Assembly: GCA_964016885.1 (NCBI GenBank) | Contig: OZ024741.1 | Span: 175,646,001 to 175,710,000, forward strand | DNA from: Eledone cirrhosa | Taxonomy: Eukaryota | Reading direction: 5' to 3' | Length of the DNA stretch: 64,000 nt | Part shown: one piece after another, positions 38,873-51,127 of the stretch | Layout: every line of letters starts with the position of its first letter | Position numbering within the stretch: the first letter of the stretch is position 1 | Position numbers and translations under genes: made by a program | Notes under the pieces: model-generated | Told to the model about the DNA's origin: nothing | The model's database searches: none | The model's input: only the letters and a program-made list of their open reading frames with translations

Positions 38873-41800
38873 GGGAAGAAGACGCACGAGGTGACGGAAG
38901 GTCATGAAATCGCTCCCGTAAGTTTTGAATTTTTAACATATTTAAATCATTTGTGAAACTCTTAGTACAAATGCTACGTAAAGCATCCGGCTTGAGCCCC
39001 CAAAAATTCGGACCCAAAATATATTGTTATAAGGCTCAAATATTCAAATATTCAACTTTGTATTGTACATTGTATATTCAAAAAAGAAAATGGCTATAAA
39101 TGGAAGAAGAACCCCCCCTCCTCTGTCTACGCTATATAGAACGGCCAAACAACACCAGAAACTAGATACAACACCTACCCTATCACCTCTCTGTGTACAC
39201 TAAACACAACAGCCAGATAACGGCAATTTCACCACCACCACTCACTACTGCCATCATTACCACCACTATCCCATCACCGCCGCCACCACTCCTTCATTGC
39301 TACCACCGCTACAACACCATCACTACAGTAATACGATCACGTCACCACCAACACTGCCTCGGTATCGACATCACCACCACCACTGTCTCAGTATCGATAC
39401 CGCCGCTACTGTCTCCCACATCTCCCCGCCGCGACCACTCATTCAATGCTACCACCACTATTCCCCTGTTAACTTGAGAGAGAAAGGGGAAGGTGGCTGT
39501 ATCACTAGACAAGGGAGAGGCTAGCAAAAGATATAAATAGATTGACTTAGTGACCTGGCCAAGGCCAAACGACAATATCAACAAATATGGGACTGCTGGC
39601 TCACCCCTTCCTCACCAACAATATAAAAAGCCCCGGCACCACCACCGACATAGCCAACAACAATAACAGCCAACTACAACAAAAAGTATATTATATTATT
39701 GTAATGCACTGGGTGATTGCTGGCCTTGTGCCTGGAGTGGAGACAATTATTAATAATTTCATTCTTAAACCACGCAATGCTCACATTAAGGAACCACTCA
39801 TGATAATAACAATTTAAAAAAACAACAACAAAAAGAAAACCCCGTGACCAAGAAATACCGGGATGGCGGCCGTCGGGGAATAGCCGTGTCTCTAGGGGAG
39901 AACGACCCCTCTAGTCTTGGTTGACACTCGTTCTAGAAGTGGTAACACAAAATGATTACCCCTTGGCGGATAAGGATAAAACGCGAAAAAATAAAGTAAA
40001 TGTCTAATGATAAAATCTCATACCGGATCGGCCGTCACCCGGGTAAAAAAGGGCCGCGTCGCTCAGAGAGGAACCAGACTGGGGTCGAAAAATCAGCTAA
40101 TGGTTCAAACCTTCCCATCACTTCGGAGCTGGAGACCTCCCATAACCGGAATACTCCTACTGTTGGCCCTCCATGCTCACCACCAAGAAATCCAAAGAAA
40201 AAGAAAGAAAAATGGACAAGGGAAGATAATAAAGAAGTCCTTGAGGCTTTCTACACTGCCATGTACTATCCATCAAATACATCGAATACAGAACAGACAT
40301 ATATCAACTGGAAAAAGAAACATCCCGAAAACAGAGGCTATATTGACAGTAACAAACTAGCCAATATACGAAGAAATATTGTAAGAAAAAAGTTACTAAC
40401 TGATATAGAAATTGATCAGATCAAGCTATTAGCACAAAGTCAGCGAAGGGAAAATGAAATATGTGTCAGTGAAAACGAGGTAAACTGTAACACTTCGAAT
40501 CCCAGGGTTGGGGCGGAATCACTGGCAACAGAACAAATTAAAGAAAGGATCGAAAAAGTGGAGGGAGTGCATGCTCAGGATGAAACTCCAAATGAAAATA
40601 ATGAGATCGTAAATGAATGAGAATGAACTTGCCAACTTGAAGGATGAAATTATGATCGAATGGATGAAAATGAAAGAATCTGACATGGGGCAACGAGACA
40701 CCCTCCCTAAGATCCAGAACTCCAAACAGAACCAAAAGATAATACACAAGACTAACATAATTCTCAAAAACATTATCATCACAAACAAACTAAACATTAC
40801 TGATTTAAATCATCTCTATTATGCATCGGCTAAAGTCACCACTCACTTATGTGGAGTGAAGACGAAAAAACAAAGGAATTCCCACAAAAAATCTACTTGG
40901 CAAGAGAACATCAATCGCCAAATAAACCTTCTCCGATCTGACATAGAAATTTTAACAAACTATAAAGTAGGTGAACATGTTAAACAAACTAAACTTAGAA
41001 AATTGAAAAAAAAGTACAGTATAAAATCAACATGTGACATAGACATGCTGATAGAAATAATCAAGCAAAAAGTGTCGGCCAAAGCTGCTCGTATAAGGCG
41101 CTTTGAAAAACGATCTAGATTCTATAAGGACAATAATATGTTCAAAAACAACCAAAGAAACTTCTACAGAAAAATTGGTAAGTCAACAATAACTGCTAAA
41201 TCAATACCACCCAAGGAGGAAGTGCAAGAATTCTGGGAAAAGATCTGGGCCGAAGAAAAAGTTCATAACATACATGCCCCATGGATAGACAGACAAATGA
41301 AAGATACAGCTCACCTTGAGGAACAAATATGGGAAAATATAACAGTTAAACAGTTGCGCTTGGCTCTAAGAAAAACCAGCAAATGGAAATCCCCAGGAAA
41401 AGACAAAATACAAAACTTTTGGATAAATGCCTTCACAGAGTCTCATGAGCTGTTAGCCCAACTTTACAATGAAATAGTTAAGGAGCCAGAAAAGATACTA
41501 TCATGGCTAGTTAACGGCATTACATTCCTGCTTCCGAAGAATGATGAGACAAACAATCCCAAAAATTACAGACCGATAACTTGCTTGACCACAATGTATA
41601 AAATTTTAACATCAGTCCTAACTGAATACACATATGGCCACCTGAAAACAAATGACCTATTTCCCATTGAGCAGAAAGGGTGTAAACGAGGCTCATATGG
41701 CAGTAAGGATCAGATTCTGGTTAACAAAATGATACTGGAAGATTGTCATAATAGACACAAAAATCTATCGATTGCTTGGATAGATTATAAAAAAGCATTT

Positions 41801-43514
41801 GATAGTTTGCCACACAGTTGGATTGAAAAATGTGTAGAGATTTTCAAAGTATCCCCCGTTGTCAGGAGGTTTTTGTCATTCAGTATGAAGACATGGAAAA
41901 CAACACTCCTTTGGAATAGTGAAACAAAATCACTGGAAGCTGGAGAAGTTAATATTAATTGTGGAATTTTTCAGGGTGACATTAATCTTGATCGGGGGAA
42001 CGTGATAAGAGAACTTGATCAAGAAAAAACTTACAAATATCTAGGTGTTTGTGAAGGAGACGGAATCAAGCACTCGACAATGAGGGAAAGGATAAGGAAG
42101 GAATGTTACCGCAGAGTAAGAGCAATCTTAAGAACGGAATTGTATGCAAGAATAGGATCGATGCCATAAACACGCTTGCCATACCAGTAGTAACCTACAG
42201 TTACAATGTCATCAACTGGTCAAGCACAGAGATCCGTAGGCTCGATACAAAAATTCGAAAATTCTTAACCATGCACAGAATGCATCACCCTAATCAGATA
42301 TAGATAGAATATATCTCCCTAGGAAAGAAGGAGGACGTGGGTCAATCCAGTTAGACATTGCGTTGAAAACTGCAACAATTGGATTATCTACATATCTAAG
42401 GGAATCACATGATTGGATGATCAAACTCGTTTTGAAACACGAAAGCATCGAAAGATCATATTCCATTACAAAAGATGCACAAAGATACAGTAATGGGCAA
42501 CAAATTTCAGAAGTCCCATTTACGGCTGAAATGGAAAACACAGAAAAAGCAAAGCAGGTAAAAGTAACTGCAAAGAAATAACTGCTACAGAAACTGGCTA
42601 AGAAATGGCAAGAAAAGACTCTGCATGGAAAATACCCAGAGCGAGCTAACAATCCTGATGTTGACAAAACTTTAACCCATCAGTGGTTGGCATCCTCTGG
42701 ACTGAAATCGGAGACTGAAGGACTGATTATATCGGCACAAGATCAGTGTCTGCCAACAAAAAATTACCAAGCCAACATAATAAATAATGGGTGCAGCCCA
42801 TTATGCCGTGTATGCAAAAAACAACCAGAGACCATTGACCATATAATTTCAATGTGCAGTCCTATAGCTCCAACCGAATACCTAAACAGGCATGACAGAG
42901 CTGCACAATACATACATTGGATAATGTGTAAGCATTTTGACCTGCCCCACCAAAAGAATTGGTGGGAGCATCAACCACCTCCCATACTTGAAAAAGATCA
43001 CATCTCAATCTTGTGGAACTTTAGCATCCAAACAGACCGAAAAATAGATGCAAACAGACCTGATATAATATTGAAAGACTTTCAAAAGAGGGTATTCCTG
43101 CTAATTGATATGTCTGTTCCAATAGACAAGAATGTATCTATAAAAACATTTGAAAAATTGAGCAAGTATAAGGACCTGGAGATAGAAATTGGAAAAATGT
43201 GGAAATTGAGAACTAAAACAATACCAGTGGTTGTAGGCGCTCTGGGAACGATACCTAAGGGGTCTAATGATTACATATCGCAAATCCCAGGAAACCCGCG
43301 TATAGGAGAAATACAAAAGATAGTATTAATGGGAACTGCCCATATACTAAGGAAGATTCTGTCAATATAAATATATCGCAAGTCTAAACACTAAAGATGC
43401 ATGTGTGAATATGTATGTTCTTTCTTGAACATGGCGGACCTTGTTGTCTCTTGAGGTCACTGGTTGTGACTTGGTGATAACTCGTATGAACATAAAGCAA
43501 GATAAATGCAACTG
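38873..43514 (+). mobile_element. Family A copy A3: full 5' leader; ORF 40000-43370 disrupted; 267-bp deletion removes the RT YMDD
   Basis: Protein matches A2; GIFQGD is fused to INLDRG at ~41980; frameshifts at ~40610, ~42145, ~42290; TAA at 42579-42581. Confidence 0.93.
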
Positions 43515-43532
43515 TAATAATAATAATAATAC

Positions 43533-46500
43533 TTTCTTTATTAACCACAAGGGTTTACATAAAGTAGACATTAAGGACAGTACAGGACAATGCAGAGCAT
43601 TTCTGCGTGTAAAAAAACAAAAACAGAGGATGTAAAAAAAAAATAACAATGAAAAATTCCACAATAGCTGGGAGATTTCCGAGGGACATTTGTGGAGAAA
43701 GCCCATTAAAAGGCCACAGTGACACTGACCACCAAGGCAAGTGTCCTCTCCCAGTTTTCCACCTTTAATTTACAGACACATACTCAGATCAGGCCCATTC
43801 ACTCGGGCCATATTTACTTCTCTCACCCATCTTTCAACAAAATGCTGGCAAGCGAGCACTTCCCTCTCTACCCTGATTTTCCTTTTCAAATGAAATTTGA
43901 AAAAGTTAATCAGAGCATCCCCGAAGTGGTAAGTGCTCGTCTTCAGCCCTTTCAAACGTGTCCACCATACTATCTCTTTCGCCATGGCCACCAGTCAGAT
44001 AAAAACTGACTGCCCTTCCCGGCTAAAGTAAGAGGGCGGGGCAATCCTCACGATGGACTCAGCTGATAGCTGGATCCGTCCTACACGTGACAGCAGGTGT
44101 TCGACATAAACCCACAAGTCAGCAATGCTCGGACACTGGACGAGTGCGTGCAGGACGATTTCGTCGCCCTGCGCGCGCTCGGACATGCCCGGCTGGCGGC
44201 ACCTCCATGCCTGTAGAGTTTATCCCGAACTGGCAAAGCTCCTCGGTAGCACTGCCAGGCCAGGGATTTCTGGAATTTGTCCATAGGCCCCGGCTCGAAA
44301 GTTCTTCCGAAGAGATTGGCTAGTTGATTTTCGTCGACGTCTAGAGTTTCGCCAAGTATGTCGTCGCTCTGGGGAAAGACGCGTCTAGCAAACGGCGACC
44401 ACACCTGATCACCGTCGAGGAAGAGGTGGAGATGTCGTTGTCTGAGCGCGTATCTGCGCATCATCAGCCACGGCATGCCCAGCCCTCCACGTAGCGGGTG
44501 TTGACAGCAGATGGACCGCCTGACCATAGGAGCGCGTCCCTTCCACAAAAGGCGAAAGAGCAAACGCTCCAGCGCAGTCAGGCGGGGCTTAGGACAAGGT
44601 ACGACGGTCAGGCGGTAGTAGATGACGGACACGATGTACGCGTTAGCCACCTCCGCTCGACCTTTCTGAAATAGCTTCCTCTCCGCTATTTCTAGGTGAG
44701 AGAAGCCACCCTGTTCGTTACTTCGTCCCAGCTTTTGTCCGTCTGGACGTCCGGACCGAACCAGACCCCTAACCATTTAACCGGTCCGTCCGTCCAGCGC
44801 CCGACGACGCTGTTGGACGGCATGGACCTGCCTCTCCAGGTGCTGAACTGCAAGCCCACTGACATTTCCTGGTTGATCATTGCTCCTGTCACCGCTTCGT
44901 ATTCTCTTAGTGTAGTGCCAATCGCCTCGATGTGTTTGGATTGACACCACTACGGTGACATCGTCCGCATATGCTGACACGGATCTTCCGCATCCTAGTT
45001 CGCGTGGGACGCCCCTCAATGTCTCCAGTATGTGCAGTAATGGCTCGAGAGTCAATACGTACACGAGGGACGAGAGGGGACATCCTTGGCGGACCGAGCG
45101 CATGATGTTGAACGGTTCCGACAGGTGACCGTTCACTCTCACCACAGAGCAGATGTCGCTGTGCATGGCAGCGATCCAGCCTCTGAAGACGGGCCCAAAG
45201 CCAGCCGCCCTCAGGACTGCCGCTAGGTAACGATGGTCGACCCTATCGAAAGCTTTCGACTGATCTAAATTGATCAAGGACCCACCCGTGCCAGGTTCCC
45301 TAGCTACCCTCTCTACGATGTATCGCATGAGGTGGAGGTTGTCGTGGATGGATCTGTCGGTAATGGCGCATATCTGCGCCTCTCCCACCAGACCACCAGC
45401 GACAAGCGCAAACCTCTTTGCTAGCACCTTGGCCAAAATCTTGAACTCTGTGTTTAGCAGAGTTATGGGCCTGGAATTATCTATGTTATCCCCCTTGTTC
45501 GGATCCTTTCTCCGCAGCGCCACAGCACCTCGGCTAACAGAGCTGGGAATTCTCCCGTTCTGTTGCCAGCTGCAGTAGACGTCCGCCAAGAGGCCTCAGA
45601 ACAAGTCTGGAATCTGTACGTAAAGTTCATAGGGCAGACCATCCAAACCAGGCGATTTACCCCTTGTGCAGCCAGTCATTGCCTCCCTTACTTCAGCGGC
45701 TGTTATCGGCTTTTCGCAACACTCCGCCTCAGTGGCCGAGAGCTGCGGCAGTCCGCCGAGGTAGACACTACAGTCTATCCCTCGAACCGGCCCGCCGCTG
45801 CCCCCGAACAGCTGTGCGAAGTGTCGCTGAAAAACTTCACACATTTGCCCGGGATCGAGTAGCATGCGGCCGTCGTGGTCCACCAAAGACCAGATCGTGG
45901 CTTTGTTGCCACGACGCGCCTCCGCCACTCTGGCCCATTGAACGGCTTTCATCACCTCGTGTCTGTGAGCACACACCATAGCTCTGACAACGCAGCCTTC
46001 GTGCTTTGCATTGAAGAATTGGTCAAGGGCCAATTTCGCTGCAAGTACGTCGGTCGCGATGCCTTTGCTAAGCGCCTCGTCTAATTTTCTAACTAGTTCT
46101 CCCTCTGCTCTATTTTTCTCTATTGCTAAAACCTTGCAAAACCTAATGGACTCTATTCTAATCGCTCTTTTCAGAGCAAACCACCACTTGTTGTTGACGA
46201 TGGCCCCCGTCAACGCCCGCTTAATTAATTCGCTAATCCGGTCTCTGTAGGCCTTGCGCGCTGGTAAGGACGCGTTTAGCTTCCAGTAGCCGGGTGCTCG
46301 TCTATGAAGCCTATCTAAGTCAAGCACACAGGCCACGGATTTGTGGTCCGTGTAGCTGACTATCTTGAATTGTGGACAGCCTATGCTAGACCTATATATT
46401 TCCCTATAAATTACTCTATCTAGATATGATCTGGATGACCCTTTGCGATTTGTCCAAGTCCACATTGGCACATTCGGGAAATCCAATCGTTACCTGTCAG

Positions 46501-49053
46501 ACAGTTCAAAACGCCTGAGCATGATGGTGAGGCTCTTGTACCCTCCTCCCCTATCCGCTAATCCCACTCAGTCCTAGCGTGCATCTAATATCCCGTTCCA
46601 GTCGCCCACTAACACTAAAGAGCGGGACGTTCCAAGAAAGGTCTCCAGACGCCGGAAGAAATCAGGCCGCCCTGCTCCTGTCGGGGCATAGACGGCCACT
46701 AGCCTGAAAGCTTGTCCGTCTCCGCTGGTCACGTCCAGCACCACCAACTTACCTTTTGTGTCCAGGAAGATGGCCTGTATTGCGAGATCCAAACCTCTCC
46801 GAAAAAGCACAGCAACTCCTCCCCCCCCGATCCCTGACGGCTGGGAGATGCGTACACATCATAGCCGCCGAAGATCGGTGCGAAGGCCCGTGCTTCGGAG
46901 ATTCTGGTCTCGCTGATGGCCACTACATCTATGTTTAGTGACCTGAGGTCGTTGAGAAGGTGGCCCTGCTTCCATCACGACCCCATGCCACGCGCATTTA
47001 TGCTGCCTATACTGAGTGAGGTCATGTTGAAATGGAGTGGAAAAGACGGTAAATACCACTTACCTTACTTCTCGTAGAGGAAGGATGGTTTCTCCATCCT
47101 TTTCACTGCTTGTGGCCTCCTCCGGAAGGATGTTCTTATAAATCCTCCTGGAGTGTGCTTGTCGGAAGTCTCCGATGTCTTTGGGGAATTTTTGTTTTAG
47201 TGTCGTGTACGTTTTCTGTGTGATGCGATTGATTTGTATGTGTGGAGGCGGTGTGAACTTTTGGGTTGTTGTGTAGTCTTTTTCTGTGATGCTGGTGTTG
47301 TGTTGGATGTAGTGTAATAATTGGTTGTTGTTCAAATTTAATGATGGTGATGGTGTTGGTGTTTGTGGTGATGGGGTTGGTGATACTGGTGTGGATGGTG
47401 GCATATCTGTCCTAACCTTTTTGTTTGATAGTTTATTTGTTTCCCTTTGTATTTTGTTTTTGGAGGGGGAAGGAAGGGGACTTTTTCTTTTTTGGTTTCT
47501 TTATCTTTTTTTCTTTTTTCCTGATACCGTTTCCCACTCCTCGTCGTCACAATCTGTCCCCAGTTGCGATAGGTCGGGGAGTGGAAAATCCTCCACAGGC
47601 GTTGGTTTTGGTTGTGGCGTGGTGGATGGTGTAGGCGCTGGTGCTAGTTCTGGCGCGTTGGGTGGTGGTGGTGTTGGTTTTGCTACTGTTGCTGGGGTTG
47701 TTGCTGTTACAGTTGCTTCTGTTGTTGCTGCTACAGTTGTTGCTGCCATTTCTGCTGCTGGTGGTGTTGATGGTTGAGTCACTGGGGTGGGTAAGAAAGG
47801 TGGCTTCCACCTTTTAGTCTGAGGGCAGAAAGCCCTTAGGTGGGTTCCTTCACCACAAACGACACGCCTAGGCCTTCTGCCCTCGACGATTACGGTGAGG
47901 TGGCTGCCGTCAGTGAGGTCTATTACCTCTGGGATCTCCTCAATGCTTTTTTGGTCCGCTTGGATAAGGAGCTCCATCACAGATCCGGACCAGTTCTCCT
48001 GCTTTTCTTTCGCTATTTCGATTATCTTGGTGTTGGCTTCGATGCCGGCGAGGACGGCAGCCATTAGCCAGGAAATGTCGATGGCCGGTGGAACGTGGGT
48101 CACCATGATCTTGACGAGTCTCTGGCCACAATAGCTTGGGACGAGTGTGAAGTCGTCACTTCTTAATGGGGCCATGGAGTGTTCTCGGGCCTCCTGTGGT
48201 GTTTCAAAGAACACGTCCACGGTTCCACATTTCTGCCCACGTCTGATGTGGGGCTTTTTTGCCCACACATGTCCCAAAGCTATTTGGATTTGGGACTCGG
48301 ATGCCCGTTCCACTCGGCACGATTTTATGTTAATCGTCCGATAAGGGGTGGGGGGAGGCTGACCCTGTACCCATCTTTCTTTACCATTCTTTTGGCTTCT
48401 TCTAATTGCTCCTGAGTTACCTGGAATGCTTCGCACTTTTTTGCTACGCTGGCAAAAGACAGGGTTGTTTTCTTAATTTCATTGTTGCTTTTGTTGTTAT
48501 TGTTATTTTTGTTATTGTTAATTTTAGTTTCAGTTGTGGTGGTGGTGGCGTCAGTGGCGTTCGGTGTGGAAGAGTTCATTTTGGGTGTATTCATTTCGAT
48601 ATCACGAGATAATTTATTTTTTTCTTTTGTTTCTGTTGTCGCTATGGTGGTGGTGGGGGTGGCGGCTTCAACACCTGCAGTCATTGGTAATGGCGGGAAA
48701 TGAATGTCTGCCTGTGACAAATTTAAAATATTGCTACTGCTTATATTTTTAGTGTTGGGAAACGTAGTAATATTTACAATGGTGGTGTCGGTGTGAGGTG
48801 TTAGTTTGTGAGGAAGGTGTGACACTGAGTCGTCCATGATTTTTTCAAAGAAAAATTTTTTGCTTGATAATTATAAAAGTTTAAATTTTGGTCTCAAGGC
48901 CCCAACCTTTTTGAGTGTCGTTTTCAGATAACAATGTATGTGCACTTATATACAGTTAACAATAACAATTTTCCATAAATGACAATTTTAAATAACTGAA
49001 AATAACAAACCTTTGCGGAGCTCACGATAATACGATTTACTACGTAGGTCATC
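43533..49053 (-). mobile_element. Tx1 copy T3: ORF2 (47026-43770) close to T1/T2, but divergent ORF1 (48837-47060) and 5' UTR; multiply disrupted
   Basis: ORF2 peptides nearly identical to T1; ORF1 only patchily similar; (AAT)n on both sides. Confidence 0.9.
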
Positions 49054-49060
49054 AATAATA

Positions 49061-49120
<60 letters not shown>

Positions 49121-49122
<2 letters not shown>

Positions 49123-49307
49123 TGTTTCTACTTTAGGCACAAAGCCAGCAATTACCCAGTGCATTACTGGTACTTTATTTTATCGACCCCATATGGATGA
49201 AAGGCAAAGTCAACCTCGGCGGGATTTGAACTCAGATCGTAAAGGGACGTAACTATGCTGCAAAGCATGGCGTCCGACCCTCTACCGATACTGCCAATCC
49301 ACCGCCC

Positions 49308-49309
<2 letters not shown>
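49121..49309 (-). mobile_element. Full-length SINE inside (AAT)n
   Basis: Reverse complement of the 9298-9490 family; B-box GAGTTCAAATCC. Confidence 0.9.
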
Positions 49310-49351
<42 letters not shown>

Positions 49352-49352
<1 letters not shown>

Positions 49353-51066
49353 GATATAAAGTCCATGACAAAACCATTAATCACTTGTTCTACATGGATG
49401 ACCTGAAACTATTTGTAAAAAATGGTGAATAATTGCAAGGGCTATTATCCACTGTGATGGCATTAAAATGGAGTTTGGACTAGATAAATACGCCAAAGCA
49501 ACGTTCACCAGAGAAAAGCTGCTGAAAAGTTCAGACATTAATCTTGATCGAGGGAATGTGATAAGAGAACTTGATCAAGAGGAAACTTACAAATATCTAG
49601 GTGTTTGTGAAGGAGACGGAATCAAGCACTCGACAATAAGGGAAAGGATAAGGAAGGAATGTTACCGCAGAGTAAGAGCAATCTTAAGAACGGAATTGAA
49701 TGCAAGGAATAGGATCGATGTCATAAACACGCTTGCCATACCAGTAGTTACCTACAGTTACAATGTCATCAACTGGTCAAGCACAGAGATCCGTAGGCTC
49801 GATACAAAAATTCGAAAATTCTTAACCATGCACAGAATGCATCACCCTAAGGCAGATACAGATAGAATATATCTCCCTAGGAAAGATGGAGGACGTGGGT
49901 TAATCCAGTTAGACATTGCGTTGAAAACTGCAACAATTGGATTATCTACATATCTAAGGGAATCACATGATTGGATGATCAAACTCGTTTTGAAACACGA
50001 AAGCATCAAAAGATCATACTCCATTACAAAAGATGCACAAAGATACAGTAATGGACTACACATTTCAGAAGTCCCATTTACGGCTGAAATGGAAAACACA
50101 GAAAAAGCAAAGCAGGTAAAAGTAACTGCAAAGAAAGAACTGCTACAGAAACTGGCTAAGAAATGGCAAGAAAAGCCTCCGTATATACCCAGAACGAGCT
50201 AACAATCCTGATGTTGACAAAACTTTAACCCATCATTGGTTGGCATCCTCTGGACTGAAATCGGAGACTGAAGGACTGATTATATCAGCACAAGATCAGT
50301 GTCTGCCAAAAAGAAATTACCAAGCCAACATAATAAAAAATGGATGCAGCCCATTATGCCGTGTATGTAAAAAACAACCAGAGACCATTGACCATATAAT
50401 TTCAATGTGCAGTCCTATAGCTCCAACCGAATACCTAAACAGGCATGACAGAGCTGCACAATACATACATTGGATAATGTGTAAGCATTTTGACCTGCCA
50501 CATCAAAAGAATTGGTGGGAGCATCAACCACCTCCCATACTTGAAAAAGATCACATCTCAATCTTGTGGAACTTTAGCATCCAAACAGACCGAAAAATAG
50601 ATTCAAATAGACCTGATATAATATTGAAGTACTTTAAAAAGAGGGTATGCCTGCTAATTGATATGTCCGTTCCAATAGACAAGAATGTATCTATAAAAAC
50701 ATTTGAAAAATTGAGCAAGTATAAGGACCTGGAGATAGAAATTGGAAAAATGTGGAAATTGAGAACTAAAACAATACAAGTGGTTGTAGGCGCTCTAGGA
50801 ACGATGCCTAAGGGGTCTAATGATTACTTATCGCAAATCCCAGGAAACCCGCGTATAGGAGAAATACAAAAGATAGTACTAATGGGAACTGCCCATATAC
50901 TAAGTAAGATTCTGTCAATATAAGTACATCACAAGTCTAAACACTAAAGATGCATGTGTGAGTATGTATGTTCTTTCTTGAACATGGCGGACCTTGTTGT
51001 CTCTTGAGGTTACTGGTTGTGACTTGGTGATAACTCGTATGAACATAAAGCAAGATAAATGCATCT

Positions 51067-51067
<1 letters not shown>
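49352..51067 (+). mobile_element. Family A copy A4 (5'-truncated just upstream of FYMDD)
   Basis: Same C-terminus; has GAA where A1-A3 have TAA; (TAA)n tail. Confidence 0.92.
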
Positions 51068-51112
<45 letters not shown>

Positions 51113-51127
51113 GGAGAAGAAGAATAA

